A stretch of DNA of 32,000 nucleotides, taken from assembly GCA_000043285.1 (NCBI GenBank), contig BX248583.1, forward strand, positions 660,001 through 692,000. The letters run 5' to 3'. This DNA comes from Candidatus Blochmanniella floridana (GTDB taxonomy: Bacteria > Pseudomonadota > Gammaproteobacteria > Enterobacterales > Enterobacteriaceae). Positions 1-11,410 of this stretch are shown piece by piece. Position numbers and translations under genes: made by a program. Numbering within the stretch: the first letter of the stretch is position 1; each line of letters begins with the position of its first letter. The notes under the pieces were generated by a model, which saw only the letters and a program-made list of their open reading frames with translations, had not been told where the DNA came from and did no database searches.

Positions 1-538
1 TATTCGGATTAGCAGACGCAGTTATTGCATCAACTAAACTTAATTTAACATCACTACTATTATTATATCTAGACAACGTCACTGATCCTGATTCCATAGG
101 ACCACCAGATACAAAAACAGTTGGAATATTTAATCTTAACGCAGCCATTAACATTCCCGGAGTAATTTTATCGCAATTAGAGATACACACCATCGCATCA
201 ACACAATGAGCATTTATCACATACTCTACAGAATCAGCAATTAAATCTCTAGATGGTAAAGAATACAACATTCCACTATGTCCCATAGCAATTCCATCAT
301 CAATAGCAATTGTGTTAAATTCTTTTGCAACTCCTCCATTAATATAAATCTCTTCAGAAACCAATTTTCCTACATTTCTTAAATGAACATGCCCCGGTAC
401 AAATTGAGTAAATGAGTTAACCACAGCAACAATAATTTTATTAAAATCTCCAGAATTCATTCCTGTAGCCCTCCACAAAGCTCGGGCCCCAGCCATATTA
501 CGACCTTGAGTAGTAGTAGAAGAACGATACTTAGGCAT
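1..538 (-). CDS. ilvD: dihydroxy-acid dehydratase, N-terminal part (3' end runs off the window start)
   Basis: Reverse-strand translation from the ATG at 536-538 gives [27 protein letters not shown]..., the conserved IlvD N-terminus. It follows ilvE in ilvGMED order. Confidence 0.93.
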   Translation of the reverse strand, partial: MPKYRSSTTTQGRNMAGARALWRATGMNSGDFNKIIVAVVNSFTQFVPGHVHLRNVGKLVSEEIYINGGVAKEFNTIAIDDGIAMGHSGMLYSLPSRDLIADSVEYVINAHCVDAMVCISNCDKITPGMLMAALRLNIPTVFVSGGPMESGSVTLSRYNNSSDVKLSLVDAITASANPN

Positions 539-616
539 TTTTATCTCACATAATAATAAAACTGTTTAATATAATTACTTGGACATAACATTACAAATAA
601 ATTTTAATACAAACAA

Positions 617-1540
617 TCAAATCATTGCATCTAACCAACCCCATTTATCTTCAGTTTTTCCCGTAAACAAATTAAAAAATAATTCTTGCAATTTTTTAGT
701 AATAGGACCTCTTGATCCTGACCCAATTTTAATACCATCCACACTACGTATTGGAGTAATTTCAGCGGCAGTTCCACACATAAATATTTCATCTGCTATA
801 TATAAAAATTCACGAGATAATAATTCTTCTTTTATCTCGAATCCAACATCCTTCAATAAATTTATAACAGAATCACGAGTAATACCTGACAAAATAGAAG
901 CGCTAATAGGTGGAGTTAATACAATATTATCTTTAATCACAAATAAATTCTCTCCAGCACCTTCCGAAACATAACCATATATATCTAAAGCAATACCTTC
1001 ATGATAACCATACCTATTGGCTTCATTGCTAATTAACATAGATGATAAATAATTACCACCTGCCTTAGCTAAATTAGGAATAGTATCCGTTGGAACTCTA
1101 CGCCAAGAAGATACTACAACATCAACTCCAGAATTTAAAGAATCTTCCCCTAAATACGCTTTCCAAAAAAAAGCAGCTATAACAACGTCAGCAGTATATT
1201 CAATAATAGGATTAATCTCCATTCCACCAACATTTCCAATAAAAATCAAAGGACGAATATATGCATTAACCAAATTATTTTTTTGAATTAGCATTCTACA
1301 CGCTTGCATTAACTCCAATTTACTTCTAGAAACAGGTATACGATAAATCTTTGCAGAATTCATCAATCTTTGAATATGATCTTGACCTCTAAATATCACT
1401 GGCCCTTTATAAGAATCATAACAACGCATTCCTTCAAAAACTGACGATCCATAATGCAATGCATGAGACATAACATGTACCTTTGCTTTATCCCAAGGTA
1501 CCATATTTCCATTAAACCAAATAAAATCAGATTTTTTCAT
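617..1540 (-). CDS. ilvE: branched-chain amino acid aminotransferase
   Basis: 307 aa ORF collinear with E. coli IlvE along its full length (KKSDFIWFNG...AKAGGNYLSS...TEDKWGWL). Confidence 0.96.
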   Translation of the reverse strand: MKKSDFIWFNGNMVPWDKAKVHVMSHALHYGSSVFEGMRCYDSYKGPVIFRGQDHIQRLMNSAKIYRIPVSRSKLELMQACRMLIQKNNLVNAYIRPLIFIGNVGGMEINPIIEYTADVVIAAFFWKAYLGEDSLNSGVDVVVSSWRRVPTDTIPNLAKAGGNYLSSMLISNEANRYGYHEGIALDIYGYVSEGAGENLFVIKDNIVLTPPISASILSGITRDSVINLLKDVGFEIKEELLSREFLYIADEIFMCGTAAEITPIRSVDGIKIGSGSRGPITKKLQELFFNLFTGKTEDKWGWLDAMI

Positions 1541-1610
1541 TATATATACCTATTACTAAAAATTTAAATATCCGTATACTTTCTCTACAAACAAAATCAA
1601 AATTACTAAA

Positions 1611-1847
1611 CTATCGAATTTCAACATAACTTATATCAGGTAATTTATTTATTTGAGCATACAACAAATGTACTGCTCTATCACTTACAACAGTTAAAAA
1701 TAATACCACTTGCTTATTATTTAATTGATTACAAGACAACATATTTAACGCATATAATTCAAATCCACGATGTCGTGTAACCCGAAGAATACGTTCTACC
1801 ACTTCTGGATAAAATCTAGCTTTTATATATAAAGAATAATATGTCAT
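1611..1847 (-). CDS. ilvM: acetolactate synthase II small (regulatory) subunit
   Basis: 78 aa ORF between ilvG and ilvE. Size and position match IlvM. Confidence 0.85.
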   Translation of the reverse strand: MTYYSLYIKARFYPEVVERILRVTRHRGFELYALNMLSCNQLNNKQVVLFLTVVSDRAVHLLYAQINKLPDISYVEIR

Positions 1848-1891
1848 TTATAATTTTATATCCTTATTACTTATATTATTATATACCGTAT

Positions 1892-3556
1892 TTATTGTGT
1901 TAACATCACTTCATTCGAAGAACCAGGAGGAACTAATGGCCAAACATTTGCATCCACATCAATCAAAACATGTAATAAAAAAGGACCTTGATAATTAAGT
2001 AATGTATAAATTGCATCCAACATTTGCGATGTATGAGAAATATACATTCCATCTATATCAAAAGCTTTAGCTAAAATTAAAAAATCAGGATTATCATTTA
2101 AAATAGTTTCGCTATAACGCTTATTAAAAAATAACTCTTGCCACTGACGAACCATCCCTAAACGTTTATTATCCAATAACACAATTTTTACAGGCAACTT
2201 TCTACGCTTAATAGTAGCTAATTCTTGTACATTCATCAAAAATGAACCATCACCAGAAATACATATCACCATATTATTAGGACAACCTAATTGCGCTCCA
2301 ATCGCCGCTGGAATTCCAAAACCCATAGTTCCCAGTCCTCCAGAAGTAATAAAATTCTCAGGTTTACTAAATTGCATATGTTGCGCAACCCACATTTGAT
2401 GTTGACCAACATCAGTAGTAATAATAGTATTAATAGGTACATTATCACTAATTGTTTTTAATAAAACTGGAACGGAAATTTTTTCATTAGTAGATCGTGA
2501 ATAAGACCAACCATATTGTAATTTTAAAGATTGAACTTGATCTCTCCATTTATTAATAGATAAAGATTGTATTAATTCTAATAATAAACTATTTAAATTT
2601 CCCAATAAAAAAACCTGTACTAAACGTAATTTATTACACTCTGATGAATCAATATCCAAATGAATTACTTTGGCTTGTGGAGCAAAAGAAGACAACTGCC
2701 CAGTAACTCGATCATCAAATCTCGCTCCTATTGCAACTAATAAATCACATTGTTGCACCGCCAAATTAGCCGCCTGATTACCATGCATACCTAACATACC
2801 TAAATAACACAATTCCGAACAATCTGGAGCTCCTAAACCTTTTAAAGTTACCACAGTCGGCATACCCCCGGTTTCAGCAATAAACCTTCGTAACGACAAT
2901 ACGGCTCGAGCCATTCCTACTCCTCCTCCTACATATGCTACAGGACGAGAAGAGTTAACCATCAAAATACGAGCTTGATTAACATCATTTTGATTACAAT
3001 TATTATTAAGAATATGATATTCTCTTTGTTTTTCTATATTTTTAGAAAAAGAACCCAAATTGTCAGACAACTGAATATCTTTAGGTATATCTACTAAAAC
3101 TGGACCTGGCCTTCCAGATAATGCAATAAAAAAAGCTTCTTCAATAACATCAGACAACATATCTACAGATCGCACTAAAAAACTATGTTTAGTACATGCT
3201 AAAGATAATCCCAAAACATCAACTTCTTGAAAAGAATCAGTGCCTATAAACTCTAATCCAACCTGCCCAGTAATAGCAACTATCGGAATAGAATCCAGTA
3301 ATGCATCAGCTAACCCAGTAACTAAATTCGTTGCTCCAGGTCCAGACGTTGCAAAACATACCCCTACTTTACCTGTAGCTCTAGCATATCCAATAGCAGC
3401 AATTATCGCTCCTTGCTCATGTCTGCATAATAAGTGTTTAACTTCAGAATCAAACAAAGCATCATATATAGGCATAATCGCTCCCCCTGGATATCCAAAA
3501 ATAATATCCACTTTTTGTTTTACCAGCGCCTTAATTACTTCATGAGCTCCATTCAT
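1892..3556 (-). CDS. ilvG: acetolactate synthase II large subunit (intact)
   Basis: 554 aa ThDP enzyme with AHAS motifs ([44 protein letters not shown]). First gene of the ilvGMED order. Confidence 0.95.
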   Translation of the reverse strand: MNGAHEVIKALVKQKVDIIFGYPGGAIMPIYDALFDSEVKHLLCRHEQGAIIAAIGYARATGKVGVCFATSGPGATNLVTGLADALLDSIPIVAITGQVGLEFIGTDSFQEVDVLGLSLACTKHSFLVRSVDMLSDVIEEAFFIALSGRPGPVLVDIPKDIQLSDNLGSFSKNIEKQREYHILNNNCNQNDVNQARILMVNSSRPVAYVGGGVGMARAVLSLRRFIAETGGMPTVVTLKGLGAPDCSELCYLGMLGMHGNQAANLAVQQCDLLVAIGARFDDRVTGQLSSFAPQAKVIHLDIDSSECNKLRLVQVFLLGNLNSLLLELIQSLSINKWRDQVQSLKLQYGWSYSRSTNEKISVPVLLKTISDNVPINTIITTDVGQHQMWVAQHMQFSKPENFITSGGLGTMGFGIPAAIGAQLGCPNNMVICISGDGSFLMNVQELATIKRRKLPVKIVLLDNKRLGMVRQWQELFFNKRYSETILNDNPDFLILAKAFDIDGMYISHTSQMLDAIYTLLNYQGPFLLHVLIDVDANVWPLVPPGSSNEVMLTQ

Positions 3557-3609
3557 AATTTTCCCTTATCATTTAATGATTCACTACTAATAACCATAAC
3601 AATCAACAT
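3553..3609 (-). CDS. 18-codon upstream [21 protein letters not shown], stop overlapping the ilvG start (ATGA); possible ilv leader relic
   Basis: Manual reverse translation. ATG at 3607-3609 and TGA at 3553-3555 overlap the ilvG ATG at 3554-3556. Five of the first 7 codons are Leu/Ile/Val. Such codons are common in AT-rich DNA, so this may be chance. Confidence 0.25.
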   Translation of the reverse strand: MLIVMVISSESLNDKGKL

Positions 3610-3974
3610 TTATCTTATTATTTTCATTATTTATAACAACATAATACCTTATAAAATAAATATAAATATAGCGGAAATTACTTACTGTCGATAGTGTAAA
3701 TAAAATTATATTAAATAAGAATAATAAATCATATATTTCGATACCATCTAATAAATATAATATTAATCTCAAGATCTTGTTTTTTTCTTATTTTTTAAAA
3801 ATAACACTAATCATTTATATTAACAGCACAAAACAAACACTACCAAATTAATGTAAACTATTATTAAATTTCAATATCTAAAAACTAAAAATTTATAATT
3901 ATCATAATATTAAAATTATCATAACTTATTCTTAAAAACATTCAAAAATTTATAAAATTATACAATTCAATAAA

Positions 3975-4046
3975 CAGGGGTGAAGAGACTTGAACTCCCA
4001 ACCCTCGGTTTTGGAGACCGATATTCTACCATTGAACTACACCCCT
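3975..4046 (-). tRNA. trpT: tRNA-Trp (anticodon CCA), CCA end not encoded
   Basis: Reverse complement AGGGGTGTAGTTCAATGGTAGAATATCGGTCTCCAAAACCGAGGGTTGGGAGTTCAAGTCTCTTCACCCCTG folds as a cloverleaf with anticodon loop CTCCAAA. Close to E. coli tRNA-Trp. Confidence 0.95.
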
Positions 4047-4100
4047 GAAACACAATTCAACAATGAATAATAAGACACAAACAATACTGATTTTACACAA

Positions 4101-4177
4101 TGGCGGTGCGGACGGGATTCGAACCCGCGACCTCCGGCGTGACAAGCCGATATTCTAACCATCTGAACTACCGCACC
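4101..4177 (-). tRNA. aspT: tRNA-Asp (anticodon GTC), CCA encoded
   Basis: Reverse complement GGTGCGGTAGTTCAGATGGTTAGAATATCGGCTTGTCACGCCGGAGGTCGCGGGTTCGAATCCCGTCCGCACCGCCA, anticodon loop TTGTCAC. Close to E. coli tRNA-Asp. Confidence 0.95.
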
Positions 4178-4241
4178 ACATTTTAATATTATTAAAATAT
4201 AACATTATATAATTCTCAAAACTATTAAAACTTCATAACTA

Positions 4242-4314
4242 TGGAGCTAAGCGGAATCGAACCGCTAACCTTCTGTGTGCAAAACAGATGCTCTCCCAAT
4301 TGAGCTATAGCCCC
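4242..4314 (-). tRNA. alaT: tRNA-Ala (anticodon TGC), CCA end not encoded
   Basis: Reverse complement GGGGCTATAGCTCAATTGGGAGAGCATCTGTTTTGCACACAGAAGGTTAGCGGTTCGATTCCGCTTAGCTCCA. G3:U70 identity pair present, anticodon loop TTTGCAC. Confidence 0.95.
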
Positions 4315-5106
4315 TATATAGATAAATTATCTAACAACGATATCAAAATACATTATAAATCAATAGAATCCATAAAACCCTTATCATATCAAAAATTTAA
4401 TTAAACTCTGATATTCTATCACAACTAACAGTAGTCTCTCGATATATAATCATCAATACTATATTCAATTCACTAGTAAAATCATTTGCAATAAAACAAC
4501 ATTTATCTAATCTTACATATAAACTTATACTATTATTTAAAATAAAATTTTCTCAACCTTCATCAAAATCCAATCAAAAAACAACAATAAAATCACCCTT
4601 ATCAATACTGATAATATGTACACCAAATTCAATTAATATTTACCATATACTCATATATATAATATTGTTCTATTAAACATTTGTAAAATACAATCCTCCA
4701 CAGAATTAATTATATCAAAATAATATAATTTTTATAAGACAAAATACTCTACATTTTGATATAAATCACCTATAATAATATATTATATTAAATGTTAATT
4801 TAATAACCAAATAAATAAAAAATATCTTCGGCTATATAATACATATTATAAATATATAATCTATATTTAATAAATTTAAAATATATAAAACAATAACCTA
4901 TTTATGTTGTTACTGATTTAAATTTAATATATATATACAACAACATTATACATTCAAATTCAGAAATTATACTGATCATCAAAATTTTTAATATTCGAAT
5001 ATAACATTTATTATTGCACTATCATAATATATTATCTCATTCTATATCCCATATACAATCAATTCTCCTATAATTAATTACATACAAAATATATAATGTT
5101 ATTAAA

Positions 5107-6006
<900 letters not shown>

Positions 6007-6152
6007 TCATCCTTATTTATAATAATACAAATAAGTCATATTATAACATATATATGAATATGATCAGTATCATACTATTTCATAAAACCAAGTGCATTAA
6101 ATTCTAAAATATCACATCATCATGATAAATTATACAATAATAAAACAATCAT

Positions 6153-7310
6153 TTAAGATATTGATTGTAATGCTTGATCCAAATCATTAATTAAATCAAC
6201 ACTATCTTCTAAACCTACCGATACACGCAACAACATATTATTGATCCCAGCTGTATCGCGAGATTGCTTTGACATAGCAGCATGAGTCATAGTCTCTGGA
6301 TGTGCAATTAAACTCTCTACCCCCCCAAAAGATTCCGCTAAAGTAAACAACTTTAACGATTTTAAAAACTTTGATACGACACCCTCAGTTCCTTTTAATT
6401 CAAAACTAAATATTGATCCAAATCCAGTTTGCTGTTGACAAGCTATTTTATATCCAACATGACTATATAATCCCGGATAATATATAGACTTAATTTGAGG
6501 TTGTTTTAATAAAAAATCAACAATATTTTTAGTATTACACTGTTGTTGACAAACTCGAATCGATAATGTTCGAATGCCACGTAACAATTGATAACTATCA
6601 AAAGCACCTCCGGTAATTCCCAGTGCATTCGACCACCACATTAACTTTTCATGTAAATATATATCTTTAGAAATAACTGCTCCTAATATTACATCTGAAT
6701 GTCCATTTAAATACTTACTACAAGAATGTACTACTAAATCTGCTCCTAAATTTAAAGGATTCTGAAAAATTGGAGTCATAAAAGTATTATCTACAACATA
6801 AACAATATCATCTCTTTCCTTTAAACTACACATATACCGAATATCTACTACACGAAGCATAGGATTACTTGGAGTTTCAATAAAAACTAATTTAACATCT
6901 TTTTGTTTTAAACATTTCAACATAAGCTCAGTATCATTTTGATTAACGAACTGTACCCGACATACTTTTTTAGAATTTAATGCATTTAATAATCTATATG
7001 TACCTCCATAACAATCATACGGAGCTATTAGACAATCATCTGAATTTAGCAAAGCTATACATATTAAATAAATAGCTGACATACCACTACTTGTAATAAT
7101 TGCATTTTTCCCTTGTTCTAAATCTGCTACAGTTTTCTGAACTATATCGCGAGTAGGATTTTTTCGTCTTGAATAATCATAAAGCCTAGGTTTATTAAAC
7201 TCAAAAAAATTATAAGTTGTTGATAAAGTAATAGGAGATACAACACAACCATGTTGTTTATCATTATTTAAACCGCTTCTAACACTAACAGTTGACTTAT
7301 TATTTTTCAT
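6153..7310 (-). CDS. metB: cystathionine gamma-synthase (PLP-dependent)
   Basis: 385 aa ORF collinear with E. coli MetB (VRSGLN...YDYSRRKNPTRD...HSCSKYLNGHSDV...FTLAESFGGVESL). metL, which lies between metB and metF in E. coli, is absent. Confidence 0.93.
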   Translation of the reverse strand: MKNNKSTVSVRSGLNNDKQHGCVVSPITLSTTYNFFEFNKPRLYDYSRRKNPTRDIVQKTVADLEQGKNAIITSSGMSAIYLICIALLNSDDCLIAPYDCYGGTYRLLNALNSKKVCRVQFVNQNDTELMLKCLKQKDVKLVFIETPSNPMLRVVDIRYMCSLKERDDIVYVVDNTFMTPIFQNPLNLGADLVVHSCSKYLNGHSDVILGAVISKDIYLHEKLMWWSNALGITGGAFDSYQLLRGIRTLSIRVCQQQCNTKNIVDFLLKQPQIKSIYYPGLYSHVGYKIACQQQTGFGSIFSFELKGTEGVVSKFLKSLKLFTLAESFGGVESLIAHPETMTHAAMSKQSRDTAGINNMLLRVSVGLEDSVDLINDLDQALQSIS

Positions 7311-7463
7311 TATTTTAATATTTAATATAAACTATCAATAATCTTGTATAAATACATATAATAAATTTTTAACTAACTCAAATATTATATACTCACAAAT
7401 TCATATAATAATCTTAAAAATTAAATAAAAATACAAACTTTTATTTATTAATTTACATAACAT

Positions 7464-7525
7464 AAAATAACAAAAACCCTTTCATCTGATTTCATTAAAT
7501 CAGATGAAAGGGTTTTTGTTATTTT
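7464..7525. terminator. perfect 29-bp-stem / 4-nt-loop palindrome overlapping the rpmE 3' end; probable rpmE terminator
   Basis: 7464-7492 AAAATAACAAAAACCCTTTCATCTGATTT is the exact reverse complement of 7497-7525. The 3' arm on the rpmE strand is U-rich. Confidence 0.7.
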
Positions 7526-7721
7526 TATTAAAACGTTTATTGAATAAATTCACCCGACCTCTAGTATCAATAATACGTTGTGTTCCGGTATAAAAAGGAT
7601 GACAAGCATCACAAACATCTAAATTAATGTTATGTTTTAATGTAGATCTTACATGAATAACATTCCCACAAGAACAGGATGCAGATATAACATTATACTG
7701 CGGATGAATATTTTTCTTCAT
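7500..7721 (-). CDS. rpmE: 50S ribosomal protein L31
   Basis: [20 protein letters not shown]...CHPFYTG...RFNKRF matches L31. The last ~8 codons (KNNKNPFI) lie inside the palindrome arm. Confidence 0.95.
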   Translation of the reverse strand: MKKNIHPQYNVISASCSCGNVIHVRSTLKHNINLDVCDACHPFYTGTQRIIDTRGRVNLFNKRFNKNNKNPFI

Positions 7722-8320
7722 TTTATTAAACTCTAAAAAAATTAATACACACTAACAATAACATAATTAAATATTCAAATACACCACTTTTAAAATTGAA
7801 CTAAGAACACAATCATCCTATAACACATATCAACTATGATTTCACTCATCAAATTCAATTATACTACTTTTATTTAAACATACGGTATATATTAATCTTT
7901 TAAAATTAAAATCAATTCAACTATCAATTTATCCATAATCACATTACTAAATAATTTTAACTTTATTCAATACATCATAAATCTTTAAATATATCTATGC
8001 AACACCTCATTTCTTAATTTCAAATAAATACACCCTAACAATCCACACTCAACCAAAAAAAAATTAACAAAACTTATTTTAAAATATACTTACTCTTTTA
8101 ATAAACTATTAACACTAATATTACATTATTAAATTATTAATATATTTATTTTTAGTATATACAATAAAGACCCTACAGTTATTGATTTATAATTAATAAC
8201 ACATTAAAATAAAAAACTTCAAAATATAATAATTTTTAATTAAAATAATATAAATATAAGTTCAATCAAACCTATATATAACAATCATTATAACATAATT
8301 TCATACAATCAATTAACAAT

Positions 8321-9070
8321 ATGTCTACATGGATTTTAGGAAAAGTTCTTAACATAAGACACTGGACTAATCAATTATTTAGCATTACTATCAATGCTAA
8401 AATTGATACATTTATTGCTGGCCAGTTCTCCAAAATAGGGATAAAAATCAATAACAAAATCATACAACGAGCATATTCTCATCTTAATGCTCCAAATAAT
8501 CCAAATCTAGAATTTTACATCACCAAAGTAACATCTGGTACTTTAACTAATTTATTACACACCTTACAAATTGGAGATACCATAATGATCTCTAAACAAT
8601 CTTATGGTCAATTTATATTAGATAAAATACCAAATCATTCTAATTATTTATGGATGATCGCTACAGGCACAGGAATAAGTCCATATTTATCTATACTCGA
8701 AAGTTTTGACAAAAGATTATACCTTTTTTTAAAAATTATATTAATTCACGCTACTCGATATTCTAAAAACCTAAATTACTTACCTAAAATGACAGAATTG
8801 CAAAAAGCATATAATGGAAAATTACTTATACAAACTATCTTAAGTCGAGAATACTCTTTTAACTCAATGTATGGATATATCCCAACGTTAATAGAAAACA
8901 ATACCTTAGAAAAAAAAATAGGACTATATTTAAACAATAACAGTTACGTAATGTTATGTGGAAACCCTCAAATGATAACCGATACAAAAAAAATACTAAA
9001 GAAAAAATATAATATGAAAAATCATTCCCATAAAAATACAGGAAATATTATTCAAGAACGATATTGGTAA
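8321..9070 (+). CDS. fpr: ferredoxin/flavodoxin-NADP+ reductase
   Basis: 249 aa ORF collinear with E. coli Fpr (RAYSxxN, LWMIATGTGISPYLSIL, MLCGNPQM, C-terminal ERYW). Confidence 0.93.
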   Translation: MSTWILGKVLNIRHWTNQLFSITINAKIDTFIAGQFSKIGIKINNKIIQRAYSHLNAPNNPNLEFYITKVTSGTLTNLLHTLQIGDTIMISKQSYGQFILDKIPNHSNYLWMIATGTGISPYLSILESFDKRLYLFLKIILIHATRYSKNLNYLPKMTELQKAYNGKLLIQTILSREYSFNSMYGYIPTLIENNTLEKKIGLYLNNNSYVMLCGNPQMITDTKKILKKKYNMKNHSHKNTGNIIQERYW

Positions 9071-9259
9071 CTCATATTTTTAATTCAATGACCACATATA
9101 TAAAATTAATCTAAATATAATATATAAATAATCTTAATAAATATCCATAACTTATTATAAAATATAACTCATACTTCCAATTTAATATAAATTAAACAAA
9201 CAATATGATACACTATTTAACATAAACTTACTTAATCTAATAAATCATAATAATATTAT

Positions 9260-10048
9260 ATGAAAAACCTATCCATAATTGCTAATTGGAAATTAAACGG
9301 AAACAAAAATACAATAACAAATTCATTAATAAATTTAACCACTCAATTAACTAACATACCCCAATATATTAAAATAGCTATAGCACCCCCAATATTATAC
9401 ATTGACATGGTTAAAAACCATTTAACATCATATAATAATAAAACAATCGAATTATGTTCTCAAAACGTTGACATACACTTATCTGGAGCGTTTACAGGAG
9501 ATATCTCAGCATCTATGTTAAAAGACTTATCTGTAAAATACGTATTAATAGGCCATTCTGAAAGAAGAATATATCATAAAGAAAATAACTCATTAATAGC
9601 CCAAAAATTCTCTATAATAAAACAAACAGAACTTATTCCTATTCTATGTATCGGAGAAAATAAAGAAGAACGAGATTCCGGGTCTACACAATCAATTTGT
9701 ATACAACAAATTGATTCAATTATCAAATTAGTCGGTATAAAAGCATTTGAAAATACAATTATTGCCTACGAACCCGTATGGGCTATTGGCAGCGGATCTA
9801 GCGCATCCCCACGTAACGTACAATCAATTCATCAATTTATTCGCAACTACATCGCTCAATATGATAAAACCATAGCTAACCAAATATCAATTCAATATGG
9901 AGGATCTATAACCACCGACAATGTTTTAGAATTCATTACTCAAAAAGATATCGATGGAGTACTAGTTGGCTCTGCATCTTTAGATATAAGAAATCTTATA
10001 AAAATAATAAATCTATCATCAAATTTAATCAAAAAAACATACCAATAA
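9260..10048 (+). CDS. tpiA: triosephosphate isomerase
   Basis: 262 aa ORF with TIM motifs (ANWKLNG, IGHSERR, AYEPVWAIGSG, QYGGS). Confidence 0.95.
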   Translation: MKNLSIIANWKLNGNKNTITNSLINLTTQLTNIPQYIKIAIAPPILYIDMVKNHLTSYNNKTIELCSQNVDIHLSGAFTGDISASMLKDLSVKYVLIGHSERRIYHKENNSLIAQKFSIIKQTELIPILCIGENKEERDSGSTQSICIQQIDSIIKLVGIKAFENTIIAYEPVWAIGSGSSASPRNVQSIHQFIRNYIAQYDKTIANQISIQYGGSITTDNVLEFITQKDIDGVLVGSASLDIRNLIKIINLSSNLIKKTYQ

Positions 10049-10113
10049 TACTTATTAACAACCAAACTCATTCCTAAAAAACAATAACTACAATATTATA
10101 ATAAATAAAACCA

Positions 10114-11076
10114 TTAACACAACTTTTTAGCCGTTGTTAATAGATCTTGCCGAAATGAACGACGCATATACTTTGTAGCATCATTAATATCATGATGAAC
10201 TAACTTTTCATTTTCTATACCAATACAATGTCTACCATAACCTTTTAACAACAACTCAATAGAATACGCCCCCATTCTAGATGCCAAAATCCTATCATAT
10301 GCAACTGGCTTTCCCCCACGTTGAATATGACCTAAAACAGTAGCCCGGGTTTCTTTTCCAGTTTCATTTTCAATATACTGAGCTAAATCAAAAACATTAC
10401 AAATACGCTCAGTTATAGCAACTATAGCATGTTTTTTTCCTTTAGAAATATTTAACTTAATTTTATCTACTAAATCTTGCATTTGAAACTTTAATTCTGG
10501 AATAATAACAAACTCACAACCACCTGCTATAGCGGCAGATATAGTTAAATCACCACAATAACGACCCATTACCTCTACAATAGAAATACGTTGATGAGAT
10601 GAAGAAGTATCTCTTAATCGATCAATTGCCTCAATAATAGTTTCCAATGCTGTAAAATAACCAATAGTATAATCTGTTCCAGCTACATCATTATCAATTG
10701 TACCCGGAATCCCAATACAAGGACAACCCAAATCACTTAACCGTCTTGCTCCTATATAAGATCCATCTCCTCCAATTATCACTAAAGCATCAAGATGACT
10801 CTTACTTATATTATTCATTACTACAGATCTAATCATATCTTTTTTTAATTCAGGAAAACGAGAAGATCCTAAAACTGTTCCACCTTTATTAATTATATCT
10901 GACACACTACAATAACTCAATAACATCATACGATTCTGAAACAACCCTAAATAACCATCATATATTCCATATACTTCTATTCCTTCAGATAAACCAGCCC
11001 GAACTACTCCTCGAATAGCCGCATTCATTCCTGGAGAATCACCACCACTTGTTAACACTCCTATTTTCTTTATCAT
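10114..11076 (-). CDS. pfkA: ATP-dependent 6-phosphofructokinase
   Basis: Collinear with E. coli PfkA from [23 protein letters not shown] onward. I prefer the ATG at 11074-11076 over the TTG-initiated track start at 11094. Confidence 0.94.
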   Translation of the reverse strand: MIKKIGVLTSGGDSPGMNAAIRGVVRAGLSEGIEVYGIYDGYLGLFQNRMMLLSYCSVSDIINKGGTVLGSSRFPELKKDMIRSVVMNNISKSHLDALVIIGGDGSYIGARRLSDLGCPCIGIPGTIDNDVAGTDYTIGYFTALETIIEAIDRLRDTSSSHQRISIVEVMGRYCGDLTISAAIAGGCEFVIIPELKFQMQDLVDKIKLNISKGKKHAIVAITERICNVFDLAQYIENETGKETRATVLGHIQRGGKPVAYDRILASRMGAYSIELLLKGYGRHCIGIENEKLVHHDINDATKYMRRSFRQDLLTTAKKLC

Positions 11077-11410
11077 ACACAAAAATAATTTCAATATTTA
11101 CATTTTCTAAAAAATTATAATACATAAACATCTTTTAAACATTTATTAACATTACATGACTAATAGGTATACCATTTTCAAAAAATCAAACACAACATAC
11201 ACAAACATATTGCTTATATCATACCATACACATTACTCCCTATTTTTAAAATATCAATAAATTTATTTAATATATTCACATATACTACTATTAACATATT
11301 CAATATTAACTATTTATACTATACATCAAAAAACACATATATCATTATCTTCTACTAATCACAATGTGTATAAAAATCTAATTAAATAACTAATTATTTA
11401 TTAATAATCA

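Noticed and set aside
579-974. 131-aa + strand ORF antisense to ilvE. Similar antisense or shadow ORFs occur at 3240-3545, 3434-3694, 16889-17164, 19058-19258, 24739-24921, 31060-31284 and 31121-31384.
   Set aside because: Each lies entirely inside, or largely overlaps, a well-supported conserved gene on the opposite strand. The sequences are low-complexity with no recognisable motifs. These are typical shadow ORFs.
3587-3772. 61-aa - strand ORF upstream of ilvG, considered as a possible ilv leader.
   Set aside because: It starts at TTG, has no SD, is low-complexity (Ile/Tyr/Phe/Asn-rich), and is too long for a leader peptide. The shorter ATG-initiated uORF at 3553-3609 is the better, though still weak, candidate.
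3788-3814. Tiny ORF MISVIFKK on the - strand, followed by the CAAGATCTTG palindrome. Considered as a leader peptide plus attenuator.
   Set aside because: Eight codons and a 10-bp loop-less palindrome cannot form an attenuator. This is expected by chance in AT-rich DNA.
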